The notes under the pieces were generated by a model. That model was not told the origin of the DNA. It was given only the letters and a program-made list of their open reading frames with translations, and ran no database searches. Below, in pieces: positions 1 to 8,484 of a stretch of DNA of 17,133 nt. How positions within the stretch are numbered: position 1 is the stretch's first letter; every line of letters begins with the position of its first letter. The DNA is from Octopus sinensis (taxonomy: Eukaryota), in the NCBI RefSeq assembly GCF_006345805.1, contig NW_021824927.1, forward strand, positions 1 through 17,133. Direction: 5' to 3'. The translations under genes were made by a program, and so were the position numbers.

Positions 1-60
1 TGTTATATTTGGAGATGATCATTTTGCCAATAAACACACGCGCTATTTATTTGATCCCTA

Positions 61-129
<69 letters not shown>

Positions 130-150
130 GTTATTGTTATTATTATTATT
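61..150. repeat. (ATT)n microsatellite
   Basis: Direct reading: ATT tandem array with a few GTT variants near the 3' end. Confidence 0.97.
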
Positions 151-163
151 AGTTTTTCAGAGA

Positions 164-371
164 TTTTTCGTTGCACATTCTGTGATCTCTTTCATGGCTA
201 TATCTTCTCTGTGTTTCTTCTCTGGTCTTGTCTTGTCTATCCTCTGTGGCCTTTCTGTGACATTTTATACCACAGAAAGACAAGATGGAATAGAGAGGAC
301 AAAACCAGAAAGAAGAGCAGATACGAAGATTTGATTGTTATTGAAGAGGTTGCAGAATGTGTGACGAAAGA
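164..371 (+). ncRNA. Candidate long hairpin RNA (imperfect ~95-bp stem, 11-nt loop)
   Basis: Manual pairing: 164-192 with 343-371 (29 consecutive pairs, 22 WC + 7 G-U). Further helices 194-198/337-341, 202-207/325-330, 208-211/318-321, 221-226/304-309, 228-234/296-302, 236-240/290-294 and apical 251-259/271-279, with loop 260-270. The fold-back is certain; expression and function are inferred. Confidence 0.5.
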
Positions 372-458
372 CAAATAAAAATAAATATAAAGCTAAAGTG
401 AACAGTGCGTGTGTTTATCCACAAAATGACCTTCCCCAAATAAGACAACATATATGTT

Positions 459-511
<53 letters not shown>

Positions 512-560
512 ATATATATATTTATATATATGCATGTATGTAGGTATGTATGCATGTATA
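459..560. repeat. Compound (TA)n/(TG)n/(TATG)n microsatellite
   Basis: Direct reading. Confidence 0.93.
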
Positions 561-1144
561 ATTTGTCCGTGTCTTGGAATGTTTAATTATCATTTATCAA
601 AAAGGGCGGTGGAGTAGTAGTGGAGCTGTTACTCCAGGTAAAATGTCTTTAATGTAATTAGATGTGACTTGTTCATCCTTTCAGTTTCGGCTGCGATGTC
701 GACCTGTGCAAAATCTGGACACGATAGAATCTACATTTAGAATTCGTAACAATATTTGCGTTTGGTAGCCTTAAAAAATATTCTTTTTCTATCCACATAT
801 GTGAGTGTGCACCTGTATATATGTATATGCGTGTGTATATAAATGCATACATACAACCTACATACATATATATGTTTATAGGTGTATAGTGATATATATC
901 TAAAACAGAGTTAGAAATTTATTAAAGGTTCTCTCAATACACTTCTGTAGATGATCAAATACATTTATTAATTGTAAAGGTTGAATGCCTTAGGAAGACA
1001 TTGAACGGGACGTCGTAGCGTAGCAGCTATACAACACACATATTTATGTATATAAATGTGTATATACGCATAAATATATATACACATTTATAAGAATATA
1101 TATACACATAATTACACACATGTCTATATATGTGTATATGTAAT

Positions 1145-1149
<5 letters not shown>

Positions 1150-1180
<31 letters not shown>
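1150..1180. repeat. (TG)n microsatellite
   Basis: Direct reading. Confidence 0.95.
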
Positions 1181-1183
<3 letters not shown>

Positions 1184-1554
1184 CAGACGGACAGATAGCT
1201 AGATATTCCTTAGTTGCGGTCTATGTATTTACCTGTGAGATTATTGTTCTCCATGAAATTACCACCGCCCCGACCACCCTCACCCGGTTAATTAATACAT
1301 TCCACACCGTGTGACCCTGTAGCCACGACCCCTTCAAGCACACTCATTGACCCCCCTCATTCAGGGCTTGCATCATTACTCTTCAAATGAGCTTTGTTTC
1401 AGTCTCGCTACACTCCAATTAGAAGGGAGCTGGTGATAGAACCCCCACCACCTCTTCATTCAACTTGATTTACTTTACTATATCACCATGTCATTCTATA
1501 TTCATACAGGTATGAATGTGCGTGTGTGTGTGTGTATTTACGTGTATGAAAGAG

Positions 1555-1680
1555 ATTCTTATGAGATAAGATCTGGTCGCTCATTCAGGTGACAAACTTA
1601 GTTAACAATTTACAGTGAAATTGCTAAGAACTGGAATCCCGAAGCATAACTACGGTCTATATTGTATTTCGGGTTGTTTC
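1555..1680 (+). mobile_element. Probable Penelope-like element 3' terminal fragment with a degenerate hammerhead-shaped motif
   Basis: Short unique segment ending directly at a (CATA)n tract. It contains ACAATTTA-CAGTGA-...-GAAGC-...-GTC-TATATTGT (1605-1665), the layout of a type I hammerhead as found in PLE termini. The family assignment is inference. Confidence 0.3.
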
Positions 1681-1925
1681 ATATACATACATACATACAT
1701 ACATACATACATACAATACATACATACATACATACATACATACATACATACATACATACATACATGCATACATACATACAATACATACATACATACATAC
1801 ATACATACATACAATACATACATACAATACATACATACATACATACATACATACATACATACATACATACATACATACATACATACATACATACAATACA
1901 TACATACATACATATATACATATAT
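1681..1925. repeat. (CATA)n microsatellite with periodic CAATA interruptions
   Basis: Direct reading; source of the YIHT/MYVC pseudo-ORFs. Confidence 0.97.
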
Positions 1926-2138
1926 GCAGCGTGGAAGGTGTTTATAAACCATTTAAAAGCACACAAAAACCGTTAGATTTAGTTCAACATTTAAGTCTAA
2001 GTTGCCAAAATAATTTCGTCGCTTTGAGACTGACAAAATTCTGTGCTCTCCGGAATTTTGTGACTGAACAGCTCACGGTATCAAAGTAAGGAAAATGTTT
2101 TAGTAAATTAAATTAAATGATGAAGTGAATCTAACGGT
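1926..2138. mobile_element. Fold-back repeat element (degenerate inverted arms 1969-2041 / 2052-2138), probable Penelope-like terminal remnant
   Basis: ACCGTTAGATT...CAAAATTC on the left is mirrored by GGAATTTTG...AATCTAACGGT on the right; the left arm has a ~12-bp deletion. It is flanked on both sides by (CATA)n/(TA)n. PLE identity is inferred from the inverted-terminus-in-(TA)n architecture. Confidence 0.5.
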
Positions 2139-2139
2139 A

Positions 2140-2156
2140 ATATACATATTATATAC

Positions 2157-2206
<50 letters not shown>

Positions 2207-2485
2207 CTATATATATATATATTTATATATATTGCGTATATACGTATAATATATACATGTATATATATATATATATTATATATATACATATATGCATGCA
2301 CACACACAAACACACACATATATTTGCACAGATGAGTGTATATATATAGACACATTTGTATTAATATATTTTTGTATATATACATATGCATACGTACATA
2401 CATACTTACATTCATACAAACATACATACAGACTGACAGACAGACACACACACACACACACACTCACACACATACACACACACAT
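2140..2485. repeat. Compound (TA)n/(CA)n/(CATA)n/(GACA)n low-complexity tract
   Basis: Direct reading. Confidence 0.92.
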
Positions 2486-3718
2486 TCTTTGTGCTTAATC
2501 AGTTGCGGGAAAAGTATCACGATAGAGACTTATAATTTATTTGAACTTTTCCAGAAACGTGTCATTGTGGAGTTTCCTATGAGGTTCTCTCACTTCCTCA
2601 GCCCTCCTAGCTTTGGAAGAATCTTTCACTGCAGCTGTACATAGAGGAAATGGCTAAATCTTTGGGGCACTGGTAAGATGGAGATTTGTAATTAGCTAAT
2701 CATGTCGGCATTTAACATGAATCAGCAGAAAGATTCGGGGAAAAGACGGGTACCGAAGTGAAGTCTACTCTTTCGTTAGAGTGAGGTATTGCTGCTAGGG
2801 GAAGGGGTAGAATTGTACTGTGACAAGTCCTTAACTTGCAGTGAAATAAGGAATAGGTAAGGAAGGGATGGGAGCAAATAAGGGACACTAACTTTAATTC
2901 CATCTTATGATTCAAAAGACAAATATCAGAACATCGATCGGAAGAGAAATTCAATCAGTAATTCAGTATGGAACTATAAAATTATTACAATACAAAGTAT
3001 CTACAGACAAACGCACAGTTAAATTACTATTATCATATGAAGTACTTTTAATATAATCATATTACTGTAATATAATAAGTAATGCAAGTGACATAGGAAG
3101 TCTGTGCCGGATAAGACCAGATACAGATAGAAGTCCGGGATATAGAATCATTAAATACAAATTCCAGTGTTCTGAGATCAGGGCACAAAATGTAAGCATA
3201 CAAGTTCGAAATTCTGGGTACATAATCTCGGGGTACATTAAATAAAAAACATCCACAAAGTCTAATATATTGGTGTAATACAAGCATAGAATATCCCACT
3301 GTTCTACCTGAGTGAATTAACATCCAGGTACCAGGAGATGACAGTGTCGGCATAAACGTGGATTTAATGAAACTCCTGCAGTGAGGATGTCGAGGTATCA
3401 TGGACACATAATTTCCCTGTTCGATGGTCTAGGCCGATCTCGGTTGCTAGTTTCCTAAACACCTGGGCCTTTGAAGGAAGTAGTATAAAACTTCGACTAT
3501 CGGGTTTAAAAACAGGGACTCTTAGGGCAGAAACTTGGAGATGAAGCTGTTGCAGCCCTAGAGCTTTAGTTGTGGGATGAAGGACGAATGAGCAGATGAC
3601 CATTCTTTTACTTCTTCACCTTGTCAACAAACTGTTATCACTAATCTTAATCTCCTGTTGTTTTTCTGTTGCTTGCGGTTAAACGCGTCTATGTACGGAT
3701 ATGCTTGTGCAACATTTA

Positions 3719-3761
3719 AGTTCAACATTTAAGTCTAATTTGCCAAAATAATTTCGTCGCT
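3719..3761 (+). repeat. 43-bp direct copy of 1981-2023
   Basis: AGTTCAACATTTAAGTCTAA(G/T)TTGCCAAAATAATTTCGTCGCT, 42/43 identical. Confidence 0.92.
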
Positions 3762-3998
3762 ACGAATAAACTGACATATTCACTTCCCGTCCAACCGTTT
3801 CACCAATCATGTGCTTTTCGGTCACTGTACCGTCAAGGTACGTAGTTCTCTTCTACCATTTAGCTTTTTTGTATACGAAGAAGCAGCAGCTTCAGAAGAT
3901 TCCAAAAGGTAAATGGATCCCTGAAACAGCTGCCAGAAGCACTACATGCATAAAGAGCATTGGTGAGAGAAACAGGATTAATACAACGAAACACATGA

Positions 3999-4005
<7 letters not shown>

Positions 4006-4040
<35 letters not shown>
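4006..4040. repeat. (TA)n microsatellite
   Basis: Direct reading. Confidence 0.95.
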
Positions 4041-4042
<2 letters not shown>

Positions 4043-4235
4043 GGGGGGTAAATTTTTTATTGGTAGAAATTTGTAAAAGTGACTGCAAGGATACGCACAA
4101 TGCTTTCGTCCCTTGAGTAACTTTTGTAACTTTTTGCCGGCTTAATATAGTAAATACTCATATACACATGTATAGTCATATATATGCGTATGTATATTCA
4201 TATACATACAAACTTATATATCTGTCTGTCTGTGT

Positions 4236-4312
4236 GTATGTATGTATGTATGTATGTATGTATGTATGTATGTATGTATGAATGTATGAATGTATGTATG
4301 AATGTATGTATG
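4236..4312. repeat. (TATG)n microsatellite
   Basis: Direct reading. Confidence 0.94.
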
Positions 4313-5996
4313 TGTAGAAGAAGAAGATAAACGTCTGTTCTGCGAGAGGACTTGTGGATTCCACTTTAGTTTTCCTAGTTAGAGGCCCACAGAATTGGAA
4401 TCTGGTTGTCACTCAACCTCGATCCTGACTGATTGCAGGCAACGACGATGTTACTGTTGTTTCTGGGAATAAATATGGTTCCCCATGCACAGCGAGGAGG
4501 AGGAGAACGTTAGCGATGCTGGGAGGAACTGTCTGATTGGTGTGCACCGCAGTGTCTCTATAAAATCGTGTGTGGCACTGCTACTTTCGTTCTTCCGATG
4601 CACATCACTGAATAACAAAACAAACCACACAGTGACAAATGTTGAAGGCAGTAAATGGAGTAGAACAACTCTTATCGAAAGAATTCCTATCAATCATCAT
4701 TATTTTTTAATCATTTTGTTTAACCACGGAAAAATGGATTTTGTAAATTCAGATAGGAAAGACACGAACTAACGCTACGACAACAACATCACTTTAACGA
4801 CAGACAGAAGGCCCATGATGGAATTTTATCAGATTTATTTCTCTGTAGACAACGCTGCATTAGCTGCTAGTCAATCATTCGCTGCATTAAATTGTCAGTT
4901 ACCAGTATTTCCGTTCGAGATCGTTGCATGTTTTACAACATTTCTGAATGACTTTCGCCATTTTTTTTTTCTTTTTTGCTTTACATCATTTAGAGAGAAG
5001 CTGACATTACAATTAAATGTCTGGAATATAAACTTATATTATTTCCGTTCCAGCAGAAAGAAGATAAACTCATCTCGCAGCGTTATCTCTCCCTTTCACC
5101 TCTCTGCTTCTCGCTTTCTCTCTTTTTCTCGGGGTTATCATCAGATAATGGCAATTAATTTGGCAGGAAAGCAATCAGATGAATGTCTTCAGCTAAACCG
5201 TTTTATTCGGCTCCGAACAGCACCAACCCCATAAAAACCAAAACACAACAAACGTTTATAATATGTTCTACTGCCAAGATTCATATTTCACAGTTCTATA
5301 CACACGGCATGTTTGCTTATCGTTGGAGTTTTGTGGTATCGTATCTATCCCGCTTTTATATTTCACTTGCTCACACATATCGGCATTACTGTAACTCCTT
5401 TGTCAGAAATTCTTAAACAGACAACCAAAACATGGCACCTGACGTTCTTCAAGATTTTCACTAGATTTTCTTCAATTTCCCAAAGTCTTTCAAACTATTC
5501 CACACCATTTCAAGATAAAATTTTGCTCCGTGAATTACCGTTCATTTGATGCGAGGCAAAGACTAATCGAATGTGTATCAGATTATGGTTTATAAGCAAT
5601 TATCTATATCTGATTAGTGAAAGTAGGAAGAGCAAACAAAATACCTTGTGGTATTTAATTATATCCCTTTTTATTCTGAATTCAAATCGTATCGGGTTCA
5701 GCTTTGATTTCTTCCTTCTATGGTCGATACAATACGGACCTGTCAAGTACTGTGATCTCTCCTCAAATTTTTTGACCTTCTTTCAATGTTAATAAAAAGG
5801 ATTATTTTTATATTGAACATTGTGATAAAAGAAAAAATAGATAGAGAAAATTTAGTCAAATAAATATCCAAAAAAGTCTTTTTTATTCTTTCCAGTTACG
5901 AAAAAAAATTCTGGCAGGACGATTCGCTTTTTATTGACATAAGATCGACAAACAAATCAACATAATTATCATTTTATATTTGTTATTATTGCACTG

Positions 5997-6205
5997 AAGG
6001 AGGCGAGCTGGCAGGTTCCTTAGCACGCCGGAAAAATTGCTTAGCAGCATTTCTTCCGGCTTTATGTTCTGAGTTCAAATGCCATAGAGATCGATATTGT
6101 TTTTCATCCATTCGAGGTCGATAAACTAAGTACCAGTGGAACACTGGAGTCGTCGCAATCGGCAATTCCTCTCCCCAGAAAACCGCTGTCAAAAATTAGA
6201 ATTAT
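5997..6205 (+). mobile_element. tRNA-derived SINE with Nin-like central domain (second SINE family)
   Basis: 5' GGCGAGCTGGCAG A-box-like head, B-box-like GAGTTCAAATGCC (~6071-6083), then TTTTCATCCATTCGAGGTCGATAAACTAAGTACCAG, which resembles the conserved Nin-SINE domain (recognised from memory). Confidence 0.8.
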
Positions 6206-6419
6206 TAATACATCTGAATTAATTATTTGTATTCAATTGATCCACATTTCTGACCTCAAATTCTCATAATCAAAGTGAGTGCCTCATAGAAAAAGGACAT
6301 TCTTTTCTCGCGGACCATCAGATTCTGTGAGTGAGACATGTGAATATCTTTCTTGCTGGAATAAACTGTTTTATTTCAACAGATAAGTGAAATGGTGGGA
6401 AATTAGTTTATAGAACTAA

Positions 6420-6420
<1 letters not shown>

Positions 6421-6496
<76 letters not shown>

Positions 6497-6504
6497 GATA
6501 GATG

Positions 6505-6565
<61 letters not shown>

Positions 6566-6581
6566 GATAGATAGATAGATA

Positions 6582-6616
<35 letters not shown>
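6421..6616. repeat. (GATA)n then (GATT)n microsatellite
   Basis: Direct reading. Confidence 0.97.
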
Positions 6617-6825
6617 AGCTAAGTGGTAGACACTGGGAGTGGGGTGGAAGTAGGTTTTGCCGATAAAATTTTCATTGTTTTATGATGGTTAATCAGTTCA
6701 AAATATTAAAGCAGATTCCGAGGAATGATGTGAAGGGTTTCATACATATCTCTTTACTAAATCACACAAGTACAGACATACTATCGAAGACAAAAACACG
6801 GCTATGCTGGAGCTACTACTTAGTC

Positions 6826-7005
6826 CTTTGACATGCTTGAAATAGCTGTCAAATATTCTTCATATTCCATCGTATTGTCTTAAAAACAGAAAGTACAGAT
6901 TGAAGAAGGTATACAATAAGCTGGATGGGCATGGATGGAATATCTTTTAACACAGCTCTGTTTAGTCAAGACTTCTCTGGAGTAAACAGCAAGAACAACA
7001 ACAGT
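6826..7005 (+). mobile_element. Old degenerate interspersed repeat (SINE-like 3' part ending in (CAA)n)
   Basis: Shares motifs GAAATA.C...AAAT, GGATGG.CATGG.TGGAA and ...CTGG.G.TAAACA(ACA)n with 13940-14118 and 10290-10460. Confidence 0.45.
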
Positions 7006-7364
7006 AGCTGCAGCAGCAACAACTATTTGCCAGCAGACATTTACCATTTTCTAAACTTCTAAAAACAGATATTAACCGTTATCAAATCGTAAAAGTATTT
7101 TTAAAAGCTATATTATCATTAGTTCAATTAAATTAGTCTAAATTAAATCTGCCAGGTAATGAGGAATAATAATAATAGATTTACCTGGAAAAGTTCAGTA
7201 GTCAGGTGAGAAAGTTGGATGATCTGGTGAGGATGTAAACGAAAAATGTTGAAAAACCGATAAAGAAACTTCTATGCGGTCGGGTTGACTAACTGTCTTG
7301 AAAAACACTACACGAACCTCCCTCACATCACATCCTGCAAACCAAGTATATATATATATATATA

Positions 7365-7660
7365 ATATTAATTCGAGACAAAACCACTATTTTGCAAAAC
7401 AAACAAGGAAAGACTTAATCAATACATAAAAATTAAAACAGATTAGGAGATCGAATGACATGAAACGATTGTAATGGCGGTTTATTTCTTTATATTAAAA
7501 AATTTTATGTATTGATTAAGTCTTTCCTTGTTTGTTTTGCAAAATAGTGGTTTTGTCTCGAATTAATATAATATAATATTTTACTATAAAATTGGATTTA
7601 ATCCTAAATCTGATTTTTTTCCCTGTAAATTTGGATTTATTCCCTAATATTTATTATTAT
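7365..7660. mobile_element. Young fold-back element with perfect 67-bp inverted repeats (7365-7431 / 7503-7569) inserted in (TA)n; probable Penelope-like terminal remnant
   Basis: The arms are exact reverse complements over 67 bp around a 71-bp spacer containing GAAAC-GATT-GTA. (TA)n lies at 7347-7364 and 7661-7675, and the right side carries a ~90-bp extension beyond the IR. Confidence 0.65.
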
Positions 7661-7999
7661 TATATATATATATATCAAAATTGTTATAATGTCTTGTTGC
7701 TGAGATAGGTTCTCTTTCTTTCCTAATGAGAAGATTGCATTTTACACCGATTATGCCTTTGGAATAACACCAATGTTGTCTTCGAAACATATGTCGAAAG
7801 AAAAAGAATTTGAATAGCATCTGCGTTCAACTCCATTTATTTACTTATACTACACAAATTACTGCACATTAACCCGCAGTTTCTACCTTAGAATAGGTTG
7901 CTACATCCTTGTTACTTGCGTGAATTTTGCTACACTGCTAACTGTTTATTGAATTTTCCATGTTAACGGTAAACAAAGGATAATTCATTCATCCATTTG

Positions 8000-8145
8000 T
8001 ATATATATACGTGTGTGTGTGTGTGTGTAGTGAGAGAGAGAGCGAGAGCGAGAGAGAGAGAAACAGATAGACAAACAGACAGAGAGATAGATAGATAAAT
8101 AAATAAATAAATATATAAATAAATAAATAAATAGATAGATAGATG

Positions 8146-8191
<46 letters not shown>

Positions 8192-8206
8192 GAGTAGATA
8201 GATAGC

Positions 8207-8259
<53 letters not shown>

Positions 8260-8284
8260 GGATGGATGGATGGATGGATGGATG

Positions 8285-8322
<38 letters not shown>

Positions 8323-8325
8323 GAG

Positions 8326-8374
<49 letters not shown>

Positions 8375-8403
8375 GGATGGATGGATGGATGGATGGATGG
8401 ATG

Positions 8404-8483
<80 letters not shown>
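8000..8483. repeat. Compound microsatellite (TG)n/(GA)n/(TAAA)n/(GATA)n/(GGAT)n
   Basis: Direct reading; source of the IYLS/IHPS pseudo-ORFs. Confidence 0.97.

Positions 8484-8484
<1 letters not shown>

Noticed and set aside
128-334. 68-aa hydrophobic ORF resembling a signal or membrane peptide
   Set aside because: It starts at a TTG in the (ATT)n tract, and its composition follows from the pyrimidine/purine arms of the hairpin.
1615-2644. Overlapping ORFs rich in YIHT/MYVC/YI/HT
   Set aside because: Translations of stop-free (CATA)n, (TA)n and (CA)n microsatellites.
4815-5234. 139-aa ATG-initiated ORF
   Set aside because: F/S/L-rich, crosses a poly-T run, has no recognisable domain or splice structure; consistent with chance in AT-rich DNA.
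7152-7188. 8-bp inverted repeat CCAGGTAA/TTACCTGG
   Set aside because: Too short, with a low-complexity spacer; expected by chance.
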